From an uncultured virus (IMG/VR IMGVR_UViG_3300044638_009799) (taxonomy: Duplodnaviria > Heunggongvirae > Uroviricota > Caudoviricetes), in the IMG/VR virus record IMGVR_UViG_3300044638_009799: a DNA stretch of 64,000 nucleotides; one strand, given 5' to 3'. A model generated the notes under the pieces. That model searched no databases and was not told the origin of the DNA. It was given only the letters and a program-made list of their open reading frames with translations. Shown one piece after another: positions 1-9,145 of the stretch. The position numbers and the translations under genes are program-made. Within the stretch, counting starts at the first letter, position 1; each line of letters opens with the position of its first letter.

Positions 1-655
1 CTTCTTTCTTTGTATATGTATTGAGAGCAATTTCTGTGAATCTGCCAACAAAAGCATCAAAGAGATCAGCAGGATCTGTAGTTGCTATAATAAAAGTAAC
101 CATTTTAGTATCGATATACTTCCGATCTTCTGTCAAAAGAACTCTATCTTTAGGTTCTATTGCCTTAAGTAGACCGTTTTGAAAAACTTTATTAAGATTG
201 TGTGCTTCATCTATAAAAACTACACACGGAGGAACTTGATAATTATTTTGAGTAATCTCTCTCATCTCAAGTAAAGGCTTACGTTCAATAAGCTTTTCAT
301 TGATAGCATCGAATATATCATTAAGAGTTTTGATAGATTTAGGATGGATCTCAATAAATGGAAGATTAAGAATTTTAGCATAAATTCTAGCGAGAGTGGT
401 CTTGCCTACGCTTGATGGACCTGATAACAACCATGCAACATCAGAAGCACAATGATTAGGTTTCTGAAGAGCGTTGAGAAGCACTCTTGCCATTTTCTTT
501 TTAGCAAATTCTTGTCCAACATAACTATTGAAAGGACTGGCAGGATTGTTAGAATCAATTAATGCTATGCATTCCTCTATTGTGGGAGCTGCTGGAAGAC
601 TTGGGTTTGGTGCCAAGACTGGATCGTAATGAAATAAAAGTTGCTTCTGTCCCAT
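1..655 (-). CDS. ruvB: RuvB-like AAA+ ATPase (Holliday junction helicase-like), 3'-truncated by window edge
   Basis: Not in ORF track. Manual translation from ATG 655: ..SYVGQEFAK..GPSSVGKTTLA (Walker A)..VVFIDEAH (Walker B)..IIATTD..GRF; SD AAGGAG upstream. Confidence 0.75.
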   Translation of the reverse strand, partial: MGQKQLLFHYDPVLAPNPSLPAAPTIEECIALIDSNNPASPFNSYVGQEFAKKKMARVLLNALQKPNHCASDVAWLLSGPSSVGKTTLARIYAKILNLPFIEIHPKSIKTLNDIFDAINEKLIERKPLLEMREITQNNYQVPPCVVFIDEAHNLNKVFQNGLLKAIEPKDRVLLTEDRKYIDTKMVTFIIATTDPADLFDAFVGRFTEIALNTYTKKE

Positions 656-687
656 TGGTATTCTCCTTGCCGCAATTGGCAAAGACC

Positions 688-716
688 ATTGTACCAAATG
701 GCTGTTGACGGTTCAA
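688..716 (-). promoter_or_regulatory. sigma70-type promoter
   Basis: TTGAAC-17nt-TACAAT upstream of the ruvB-like gene. Confidence 0.65.
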
Positions 717-783
717 GAGCATGTTTTTCTGGGCTTGCCATAATTTAAATTAAAATTATTTGTTTTTATGATAAATAAACATT

Positions 784-1413
784 ATGAAATTTAAAAAATG
801 GTTAAATGAACAATCTTATGTTGGCATAGAAGATGCCGACAGCTCTCAAATAGAGAGAGTTTATAAAAAATCAAGACTAGCAGTTAAAATTGTTCAAGAT
901 TATGATAAACAAACAGGAAATAATTATCTAACAAACATTACAACCATTGCTCCTATTTCAAAAGCAGGAATCTTCGGTCTTTATAATTCTGCTGAAAATA
1001 AAGCAATTATTGGCAAACCATATAACCAACAAAAATTTACTTTCTCACAGGAAGAATTGGATAAGATGGCTAATCTACCGGCAGATGTTTTAAGACAAAA
1101 CAAAATTCCAGAAGAAATTATCAATTCTATTCAACCAACTGATACGATTCGTATAAATGTATTAAATATTTATGATACCTTTAACAAAGCTCAAAAAGCT
1201 GGCAAGATGAGTCCTGAAGAGGCACAGATCAATATCATTAGGGAAATTGCCAGTACGATTGTCCATGAAAGTACGCACGATAAAGAACGCCGTAAGTCCG
1301 GCAAAACAAGCGAAGCCGGTCCTGAAGCTGCGGAACAGAAGTTTTCTTCTTGGTTTGATCAAAACTTGTCCTCCTTGAAGTCCAGATATCCAGAATTAGT
1401 TAGAACTAATTAA
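784..1413 (+). CDS. Phage protein with HExxH (zincin-like) motif
   Basis: IVHESTH motif; N-terminus MKFKKWLNE; ATAAATA just upstream. Confidence 0.55.
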   Translation: MKFKKWLNEQSYVGIEDADSSQIERVYKKSRLAVKIVQDYDKQTGNNYLTNITTIAPISKAGIFGLYNSAENKAIIGKPYNQQKFTFSQEELDKMANLPADVLRQNKIPEEIINSIQPTDTIRINVLNIYDTFNKAQKAGKMSPEEAQINIIREIASTIVHESTHDKERRKSGKTSEAGPEAAEQKFSSWFDQNLSSLKSRYPELVRTN

Positions 1414-1650
1414 AAATGGTACTCCGCTATATCCTTGCCATAAATTTAGTGGATAAGAAAATGTCTGATCATAAGGTTGCCAACATTCAGAATCATTCTT
1501 CCAAATAAGAATTTTATCTAATTCTACAGATAAAACAGAAATGGTTTCTTCATCAATGAAGAAACCTTCTATAACACCACATTTACAACGATTTCTCGTT
1601 GATTCCCAATTTATACAATAAGAACCACAATCTTTACATTTAAGTACCAT
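1396..1650 (-). CDS. Small Cys-rich (zinc-ribbon-like) hypothetical protein
   Basis: CKDC..CKC; SD GGAGG; own promoter. Confidence 0.55.
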   Translation of the reverse strand: MVLKCKDCGSYCINWESTRNRCKCGVIEGFFIDEETISVLSVELDKILIWKNDSECWQPYDQTFSYPLNLWQGYSGVPFLISSN

Positions 1651-1667
1651 AATTTCCTCCTACCACC

Positions 1668-1696
1668 ATTTTATTTGATGGCAGAAGATGTGTCAA
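1668..1696 (-). promoter_or_regulatory. sigma70-type promoter
   Basis: TTGACA-17nt-TAAAAT. Confidence 0.7.
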
Positions 1697-1724
1697 GATT
1701 GTTTTTATTCACTCTGATAACATT

Positions 1725-2477
1725 ATGACAAGCGCAATTAAACCAAAATGGACAATTGCATCTGTAAATTGGGATTCTTTTGAATTCATTAAATATCAAT
1801 TAAAATATTTCCATGAATTCAGCGAAGATTTTGAATTTATAATTCACGATAATGAAAATGTTAATGAAACGCAAGATTCTCAAGAAATTAAAACAAAATA
1901 TCCATCAGTGAAAATCATACATCCAACATGGCAAGGCAGAGGTGGAGGGGCACACGGAATAGGTCTTAACGAATGTTTGAAAAGAGCAAAAGGTGAGTAT
2001 TTCCTAGCAGTTGATCCTGATTTTTTTTGGATGAAGAAAAAAATATTGCCATTCTTAGAATCATACTTTGAATGTGGGTATCACGCAGTAGGCACTGAAT
2101 ATATAGGAACTAGTTTTCCTATGCCTTGGGGAGCAGCTTACATTACAGAAGAAATAAGAGATTTAAATTTGATGGCAAAGACTTCCATTTGTGAAGGATG
2201 CAAAACTTGGATTTACGATAGAGATTATGATACAGGATGGCAACTTAGAATAAGACTTGGAAACAAACCCCATCATGCATTTAAACAAGTACTCAATCAA
2301 GTTCCAGATTTAGGAAAATTCAACACAGGATATACGCAAACATATGTACATGATGAAAAAGTAATTGCCCATCATTTGAAGGGTGGAAGTCAAATAGAAA
2401 CTAATCACACTAAAGAACAAGTAAAAGAAATAAAAAACAAATATACAGAATGGATGTGGAATCAATTATATGATTAA
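1725..2477 (+). CDS. Glycosyltransferase, GT-A/GT2-like
   Basis: IIHDN, HGIGLN, AVDPDFF (DxD). Confidence 0.7.
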   Translation: MTSAIKPKWTIASVNWDSFEFIKYQLKYFHEFSEDFEFIIHDNENVNETQDSQEIKTKYPSVKIIHPTWQGRGGGAHGIGLNECLKRAKGEYFLAVDPDFFWMKKKILPFLESYFECGYHAVGTEYIGTSFPMPWGAAYITEEIRDLNLMAKTSICEGCKTWIYDRDYDTGWQLRIRLGNKPHHAFKQVLNQVPDLGKFNTGYTQTYVHDEKVIAHHLKGGSQIETNHTKEQVKEIKNKYTEWMWNQLYD

Positions 2478-2972
2478 TCCATACATGATGCTATCAATAT
2501 ATAATCCTCGTTTATGGATTTGTTCTTTCCTAATGCCTTCTTGAACAAATCCATTCTTTTCACACATTTTTCTGCTGGCAATATTGTTCTCTAAAATCTC
2601 ACAAGAAAGCTTTCTTAAATTTAATATTTGTTTAGAGAAAGAAATCCCAGAAGCAATTAATCTAGTTCCATATCCATTTCCTCTGTATTGTTTATAAATA
2701 TCACAAGCAATATCAGCAGTTCTATCAATATAATTAATGTTAGAAAGCCTAAAGCTTCCTATATCATTGTCTTTATCCATGCCTATTAAAACTAAGTTTC
2801 TTGGCTGATTAACATTTTGATCCAAACTTTCAAACCATTTTATTTGATCTTGTTCATTTATGATTGATAAAGAATGATGCATATCATTAGATTCTTGCTT
2901 GGCAAGCATAAGATTCTTCAAATCATTTCTATGTGCTTTTCTTAATTCTAAATTAAAATTGAACATTACCAA
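2466..2972 (-). CDS. GNAT N-acetyltransferase (RimL/PseH-like)
   Basis: YRGNGYG acetyl-CoA motif, N-x-AS..EKNGFVQEG; coupled to the DegT gene. Confidence 0.8.
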   Translation of the reverse strand: MVMFNFNLELRKAHRNDLKNLMLAKQESNDMHHSLSIINEQDQIKWFESLDQNVNQPRNLVLIGMDKDNDIGSFRLSNINYIDRTADIACDIYKQYRGNGYGTRLIASGISFSKQILNLRKLSCEILENNIASRKMCEKNGFVQEGIRKEQIHKRGLYIDSIMYGLII

Positions 2973-4078
2973 CCTCTATTAACCGTTTCTGCTATGTATT
3001 CCATTTCTTGCTGTTCTAACCACCAACCACATGGCAGGCAAATCATATTATCGCAAACGTAAGTAGTTTGTGGTAAATTTATATTATATTTCTTAAAACA
3101 AGGATGCTTATCATTCCTATCATGCACCCTGCTCACCATAATCCCTTTATCAGTCATAAGTTGAATAAATTTCTCTCTATTTTCCACAAAAACAGTAAAA
3201 ATCCATTCTGAACTGTCTCTATCATCTTTGTTTTCTGTAAATTTAACATTTTTTAAGTTTTCTCTTAAATATTTGGCATTTGACTTGTGTTTATTGATTA
3301 TTTGATTTATTTTTTTAAAATTTTCGATGCCAATTGTAGCAGCAATATCGTTCATATGAAATTTAAACCCTGCTTCTTCTATCATTTGTTCACATCTGAA
3401 ATCAGCTTTAGTAGTTCTGTCTAATCCATACCAACGCAGCAATTTAGCTTTTTGGTGAAAATAATCATTTGGACAAATTAATGCGCCTCCATCGCCAGTT
3501 GTTAAATGTTTAATAGCTTGAAAACTATATGCAGCAAAATTATTAGTCCCTAATTTTTTGCCTTGATAAGTTGACCCAAATGCATGAGCGCAATCTTCTA
3601 TTACAAAAGGTCTAAATCCAAATTTAAGTTTGGCTCTATCTAAAATTTCGTCAAGTGAATTCATGTCAACAGGATATCCACCCCAATGAACAATCATTAC
3701 AGCTAATGTTTTTTCATCTATTTTGTTTTCTAAATCAGCAAGATCAATATTGCATGTGTTTGTATCAGTATCTGCCCATTTTATATCAAGACCATTGTTA
3801 ACTATAGAAGAATTGGTTGCTGTACATGTCAATGGTACTGAAATAACTTGATTTCTTTTGTCGTTTGAAAATTCTTTAATCATGTGTAAAGCAAGATGAA
3901 GAGCAGACGTGGCAGAATTAACTGTATTTACATAAGGTGTTTCAAGATAACTTCTTAGTAGTCCTTCAAATTTTTCTACTTTTGGTCCTTGTCCAATAAA
4001 ACCTGATTCTAATACTACACCAACCTCTTCTTTGCACGAATTTGCCATAAACACTTTAAATAAAGGTAAATTTTTCAT
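2966..4078 (-). CDS. DegT/DnrJ/EryC1/StrS sugar aminotransferase
   Basis: NSATSAL, IEDCAHA, SFQAIKHLTTGDGG (PLP lysine). Confidence 0.92.
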   Translation of the reverse strand: MKNLPLFKVFMANSCKEEVGVVLESGFIGQGPKVEKFEGLLRSYLETPYVNTVNSATSALHLALHMIKEFSNDKRNQVISVPLTCTATNSSIVNNGLDIKWADTDTNTCNIDLADLENKIDEKTLAVMIVHWGGYPVDMNSLDEILDRAKLKFGFRPFVIEDCAHAFGSTYQGKKLGTNNFAAYSFQAIKHLTTGDGGALICPNDYFHQKAKLLRWYGLDRTTKADFRCEQMIEEAGFKFHMNDIAATIGIENFKKINQIINKHKSNAKYLRENLKNVKFTENKDDRDSSEWIFTVFVENREKFIQLMTDKGIMVSRVHDRNDKHPCFKKYNINLPQTTYVCDNMICLPCGWWLEQQEMEYIAETVNRGW

Positions 4079-4092
4079 TACTATATTTAAGC

Positions 4093-4665
4093 ATGGAACC
4101 TAAATTTACTTCAGATTGGTTTAGTCACAATAATTTTAAATGGGACGTTTATCTTGAAAAGTTTAAAAACAAACCAAATATTAATTTTTTAGAAATTGGG
4201 TCTTATGAAGGCATGTCTTGTTTATGGTTATTAGAAAACATATTAACACACGAAAAATCAAAAATCACTTGCTGCGATGCTTTTTACGATGAAACATATA
4301 AACAAAAAAATGGAGTAAGCTTACAAGAAACATTTATAGCAAATACAAAACAATATTCAAATAAGATAACTTTAATTGATGACTATAGTTTTATTTGTTT
4401 AAGAAAATTAATAGACAGAGAAAATAAATTTGATTTTATTTATATTGATGGTTGTCATGCCGCTAAAAGTGTGCTGGAAGATGCTGTTCTTAGTTTCCAT
4501 TTAATCAAAAGTGGAGGCATAATTATATTCGATGATTACAAATGGGGTAAAGATTTGAAAATTATAAATAGACCTCAAGCTTCAATAGATGCTTTTTTAA
4601 CAATTTATTCTAATTGTTTTCACGTTTTGAGTATTCACGAACAAGTAGTGTTAGAAAAACTATGA
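4093..4665 (+). CDS. Class I SAM methyltransferase (Methyltransf_24-like)
   Basis: LEIGSYEG, FDFIYIDGCH, IFDDY. Confidence 0.85.
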   Translation: MEPKFTSDWFSHNNFKWDVYLEKFKNKPNINFLEIGSYEGMSCLWLLENILTHEKSKITCCDAFYDETYKQKNGVSLQETFIANTKQYSNKITLIDDYSFICLRKLIDRENKFDFIYIDGCHAAKSVLEDAVLSFHLIKSGGIIIFDDYKWGKDLKIINRPQASIDAFLTIYSNCFHVLSIHEQVVLEKL

Positions 4666-5372
4666 TAAGTGCTGTTGTTCCAGTAATGAATCGTAGTGAT
4701 CGCATTATCCCATGTCTTAGTACTTGGATAGATCAAAATGAAATCGGGGAAATTGTTATCGTTGATTGGTCATCTACTATTCCAATCAGAAATGATTCAA
4801 ATCTTGAGAAATTTTTAAAACATTGGAAAATAAGAATTATCCGAGTCAATGAAGAGCCATATTTTATATCAATGTCGCATAGTTTAAATGTTGGTATTTT
4901 TCATGCAAGAGGCGATCATATTCTGAAAATAGATATTGACTATCAGTTAAAAAACAAAGAATTATTAAGATCTTTAGAAAGAAGTCAATTTAATAAACAT
5001 TTATTTTGTGGAACAATACCTAATGAAGAAAACTATGACTTTCATGGATTCTGTTTTTTTGAAAAAAGATATTTTACAGAAATAAATGGTTACAATGAAA
5101 ATTGTCGTGGTTGGGGATTTGATGATGAAGATTTTTATAGAAGAATGGAAAAAATTGGTTTAGAACGAGTCGTTATTATGAACATGAGTGATTTCATTTA
5201 TCACATGCCACATGATGATGATTTAAGAGTTGCTAATTATCCTCAAAAAAATAAAAAAGAAACAAATATGGCTAATGAAATAATAACACAGACAAAAGAT
5301 TCACATAAGTTATCAGAATACACAACTATAGTAAATGAAATCAATTATATCGAATTAGTCAGGAAGAAATGA
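4662..5372 (+). CDS. Glycosyltransferase GT2/GT7-like
   Basis: VVPVMNR, VDWSS, DID, GYNE..GWGFDDEDF; start moved to ATG 4662 (ATGA overlap with upstream stop). Confidence 0.8.
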   Translation: MISAVVPVMNRSDRIIPCLSTWIDQNEIGEIVIVDWSSTIPIRNDSNLEKFLKHWKIRIIRVNEEPYFISMSHSLNVGIFHARGDHILKIDIDYQLKNKELLRSLERSQFNKHLFCGTIPNEENYDFHGFCFFEKRYFTEINGYNENCRGWGFDDEDFYRRMEKIGLERVVIMNMSDFIYHMPHDDDLRVANYPQKNKKETNMANEIITQTKDSHKLSEYTTIVNEINYIELVRKK

Positions 5373-6223
5373 AACCAAAATTAATTACTGTCACAGGTCA
5401 TAGAACCAATACTTTAAGGCATCAGTTAAATCATTATAAAGATAAAGTTAGTGATGCTTTTATTGTAGTTTATGAAAATGCTGATTCTCCAAAAAATCTT
5501 ACTGATGAGATTAAAGAAATAACAAAAGAATTTGGTTTAGGTATTCATTCTGTAAAAATTCATAGACCATTTGATTGGGTTGAAGTAACAAACCAATACA
5601 ATATTACCAAAAATTTATTTCCTAATGATTGGTGGCTTGTTGCAGACGATGATGAACTACAAGTTTACTGGAAAGATATAGAAGATATAATTACAGAATG
5701 TGAGGAAAATGGTTGGAAATATGTATCTGGCGGATTTGTTGATAGAATTGGCGCAACTGGTAATTTTCCAGAAATAGAAAGAGATTCTAACTTATGGAAA
5801 CTTTTCCCTGTTGCTGGATTTTTTAGATATCCTATGAGTGGTGCGTGTCCTAATAAAGTGACTTTATGTAAAGGAAACATTGAATTAACAAGTGGTCAAC
5901 ATTACATTAGAGAAAACAACAAAAACATCTATGGTCCTGCTGGTTGGAATCATCCTTGGAGATATCCAATTAGACAAAATTTTGTACAAGTTCATCATTT
6001 CAAATGGGATAACACAGTTCTAGAAAGATTAATTGATGTGGCAAAAGTAGAAAAAGATTATTCTTATTCTCATGAATACAGAAGAATGTATGAAATGATA
6101 GCAAAAAGTAATTTTAAAATAGACATTAACAATAAAAATTTTTTCTGTCAATTTTCTCCAGAACCAAATTATGAAGATTATAAATTCTGGAAAAAATTAA
6201 CAAATATTATTTTACATATTTAG
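5369..6223 (+). CDS. GT2-like glycosyltransferase
   Basis: WWLVADDDEL, HHFKW motifs. Confidence 0.6.
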   Translation: MKPKLITVTGHRTNTLRHQLNHYKDKVSDAFIVVYENADSPKNLTDEIKEITKEFGLGIHSVKIHRPFDWVEVTNQYNITKNLFPNDWWLVADDDELQVYWKDIEDIITECEENGWKYVSGGFVDRIGATGNFPEIERDSNLWKLFPVAGFFRYPMSGACPNKVTLCKGNIELTSGQHYIRENNKNIYGPAGWNHPWRYPIRQNFVQVHHFKWDNTVLERLIDVAKVEKDYSYSHEYRRMYEMIAKSNFKIDINNKNFFCQFSPEPNYEDYKFWKKLTNIILHI

Positions 6224-6504
6224 TCTAAAACACCTTCTGTTTTACCTATATTACCCAAAACATTTATAGCATTCCATGTTGTGTTATAAATATCTGGATC
6301 TTGTGCTGTATATGCAAGAAAGTCTCTTATGATTAGTTGTTTAGGATCTGCTGTTGGATGAAAAACAGGTATTTGATTTTCATCTAGATAGCAAAGTTTA
6401 TAATCAATAACGAGAACAACTTTACCTTGTTCTCTCAAAGTTGCATCAATGTTCATTTTTTCGATCCACCAGACATCGTATGTTTTTTCTGGTGTAGCTG
6501 GCAC
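6220..6504 (-). CDS. Hypothetical virion-region protein (start possibly further upstream at 6534)
   Basis: ORF track; frame stays open upstream to 6546. Confidence 0.55.
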   Translation of the reverse strand: MPATPEKTYDVWWIEKMNIDATLREQGKVVLVIDYKLCYLDENQIPVFHPTADPKQLIIRDFLAYTAQDPDIYNTTWNAINVLGNIGKTEGVLD

Positions 6505-6598
6505 TGTAACAGGCGTATTGGTTGTAATTGGCGTAAAACATCCTTGTTATTATTGTTGCAAACATATATATATCTGATATTGAAAAAATGGAGAATTA

Positions 6599-7090
6599 AT
6601 GGGTGATTTGAATTATCTGCAATCTGCTTTATCGATAAACATTGTTGATAATGACTCCAAAGCAGTCGTAACTGGATCTAATCCTTCTGGATCAGAAGAA
6701 GCGTTAGTTGTTAGAAATATACCTTCTGGTTTACAAGGAGTAGCCGAAAAACCTGATTCTACAAGCACTTATACTCCATCTACTTACAACTCAACAGCAT
6801 ATGAAAGTTCTGGAATTGCAAAAGCATCCAGTGGTGTTTTATATGGATTAAGTGGATTTAACAGTAGTGCAAGTATTCAGTTTATACAAATACATGATTC
6901 TGCGACAGTTCCGGTTAATGGAAGTATTCCGAAGATAATAATTTGTATTTTCCCAAATGACAATTTCTTTTGGGATGGAAGTAAATTTGGAATGTATTTT
7001 AGCAATGGAATTGTTTGGTGCAACAGTTCAACTGGACCTACTAAAACTATAGGTTCGGCAGATTGTTGGGTTAATTTATTTTATGCATAA
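6599..7090 (+). CDS. Putative virion structural protein
   Basis: Ser/Thr/Gly-rich beta protein, SD GGAG, first gene of fibre cluster. Confidence 0.5.
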   Translation: MGDLNYLQSALSINIVDNDSKAVVTGSNPSGSEEALVVRNIPSGLQGVAEKPDSTSTYTPSTYNSTAYESSGIAKASSGVLYGLSGFNSSASIQFIQIHDSATVPVNGSIPKIIICIFPNDNFFWDGSKFGMYFSNGIVWCNSSTGPTKTIGSADCWVNLFYA

Positions 7091-7099
7091 TGAGGTGCC

Positions 7100-8143
7100 A
7101 TGCCAGTAGTAAGTTTTGCATATCATGTGACAAGTGGTGGAGTTGGTTCAGGCAGCATTGGAAACAATGCTGTTCTGTCTGGCAATATTGCATCTGGTCA
7201 AGTTGGTCAGTTCAAACTGTCTTCTGGTGCAGCAAACAGTGGTCATATCGGTAATAATGCAGTTGTATCTGGATCTATTGCTAGTGGACAAATTGGACTA
7301 AATCATATCGCTTCAGGTGTTATTTCTGCTGGCTTAACTTCTGGTTCTGTTACCTCTGGTTTTATTGGAAATGCAGCTGTAGTTAGTGGAAGTATTGGGT
7401 CTGGACAGATAGGAAGTATTCATTTAGCTTCAGGAACAATTCCTGCTGGATTTAGTTTAACTTCTGGCAGTGTTGTTTCTGGATTTATTGGTGACGCAGC
7501 TGTAGTTAGTGGAAATATTGGATCGGGACAAATTGGAACTAATCACATTGCATCTGGAGTTTTGTTTAACATAACTAATGCTGCCGATAACAGAATATTA
7601 ACCAGTCTTGCTTCAGGAACCAATCAAGGAAACTCTGAAGCAAATTTAACATTTGACGGATCTACATTAACGGCAACATCGACAACTATTTCGGGAACTA
7701 TAGCTAATTTCACTGGTGTTTCTGGATCTTTATTAAGAATAATAGATTCTAAAATTGGTGATATTCTACAAGTAAATAACACTTCTGGAATTACTGTTTT
7801 TGCAATTAATCAACTAAATTATGCAAAGATAAATTCATCTTTATACTCTGGCGTTGCTACAAATACCATAATTTATAGTGTTCCAAAGAATGCTGGATCT
7901 GCTGCTTATTTTGACTATTCAGTAAAAAACACATTAACCAGTGGCTTTAGAGCAGGAACTGTTATTGCGGTGTGGGACGATATTTCTAATATATCAGAAT
8001 TTACTGATTATTCAACAAGTGATTTGGGTGGTTCTACTCAGTGGCTAACATTTAACACCACCATTCAATCAGGAAATGTAGATTTGTACGCTAATATAAA
8101 CTCTGGAAATTTTAACATTAAGATTGGTGCTAGACTTATATGA
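7100..8143 (+). CDS. Ser/Gly decapeptide-repeat fibre-like protein 1
   Basis: IASGQIGxxH / IGNNAVVSGS repeats; C-terminal domain paralogous to 9146..10831. Confidence 0.65.
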   Translation: MPVVSFAYHVTSGGVGSGSIGNNAVLSGNIASGQVGQFKLSSGAANSGHIGNNAVVSGSIASGQIGLNHIASGVISAGLTSGSVTSGFIGNAAVVSGSIGSGQIGSIHLASGTIPAGFSLTSGSVVSGFIGDAAVVSGNIGSGQIGTNHIASGVLFNITNAADNRILTSLASGTNQGNSEANLTFDGSTLTATSTTISGTIANFTGVSGSLLRIIDSKIGDILQVNNTSGITVFAINQLNYAKINSSLYSGVATNTIIYSVPKNAGSAAYFDYSVKNTLTSGFRAGTVIAVWDDISNISEFTDYSTSDLGGSTQWLTFNTTIQSGNVDLYANINSGNFNIKIGARLI

Positions 8144-8949
8144 TTATAATTGAAGGATTACTAGAATTAAATAGTACAACACAAGTTGGCGATGAATATG
8201 CAGCAAGCCCGCCATATCAAGATTTGGACAAAATTGCTATTTATTTAAGAGATTATATAACAACAAGCTTAAGAAATACAAGTTTTTTTTCATATAGTCT
8301 TGATGGTAATCAATATTCAATAACTGATGGTGGAAATGATATGTTTGAAAGTGGGAATTATACTACTTTATGGCTGATTGCCGAAACAGATTACACACAA
8401 GGCACGACAATTCCAATTCCTCCATGTTTAAGCTACAGTCAAACAACAGCAACGGTAACAGATACCGATTTTTATCATGTTAGTTTAGGATATGGCATAT
8501 CTCCAGACAGAAGACCTCTAACTTTTTTGGGAGCCAGAAGTGGCACCGATGGTCCAATTGGATTCCAGAAAGCTGGAAATATTGGTGCCGATGGCAGCGG
8601 AAACATCACAATATCAGATGTTTATACAGGATCGATAATTAACGGATTTACAGTTCATGCATACTATAGACAAACATTTGGGCAAGCAGCCGATCCAGCT
8701 ATTTGTGACTTATATATTTTGTTAGGACATCCCAGTTGGAATTCAACATTTGGAACAATTTATAAATATAGTAGTACTAACAAGGGCATACAAGGTGCTT
8801 ATTTTTACACCAAAGGTGCAGGAACAAAGAATATTTTAGCAATTACAACCTTGTTAAGCAGAGCGAGTCCAACTGAAATTCCTTTAAATGACATACAAAC
8901 TGTTGTTCAAAATTATACGCTAAGAATTAAAGAAGCTTTGGGATTTTAA
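8140..8949 (+). CDS. Hypothetical virion-associated protein
   Basis: ATGA-coupled to fibre gene; IxDGGxDMF motif. Confidence 0.5.
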   Translation: MIIIEGLLELNSTTQVGDEYAASPPYQDLDKIAIYLRDYITTSLRNTSFFSYSLDGNQYSITDGGNDMFESGNYTTLWLIAETDYTQGTTIPIPPCLSYSQTTATVTDTDFYHVSLGYGISPDRRPLTFLGARSGTDGPIGFQKAGNIGADGSGNITISDVYTGSIINGFTVHAYYRQTFGQAADPAICDLYILLGHPSWNSTFGTIYKYSSTNKGIQGAYFYTKGAGTKNILAITTLLSRASPTEIPLNDIQTVVQNYTLRIKEALGF

Positions 8950-8977
8950 TAATAGTGGTAGTATTTTAGTGAAAATG

Positions 8978-9046
8978 GCAGCTTATTTTGATTGTGTGGC
9001 AAAAAAAACGGTTACCGTGCAAGAAAAAATTACAATAATTTGTGAC
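8978..9046 (+). pseudogene. Degenerate relic of the fibre C-terminal domain
   Basis: Encodes AAYFDCVAKK / (shifted frame) NGYRA / KITIICD, matching AAYFDYSVKN..GFRAGTVIAVWD of 7100..8143. Confidence 0.45.
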
Positions 9047-9145
9047 AATTGAGACATTGGAATAATACATAATAATGTATCAACTTGTTTTTAACAATTA
9101 TTATTTAAGGAATTATTTAATTTAATAAAAAAATAGGAGTAAAAA

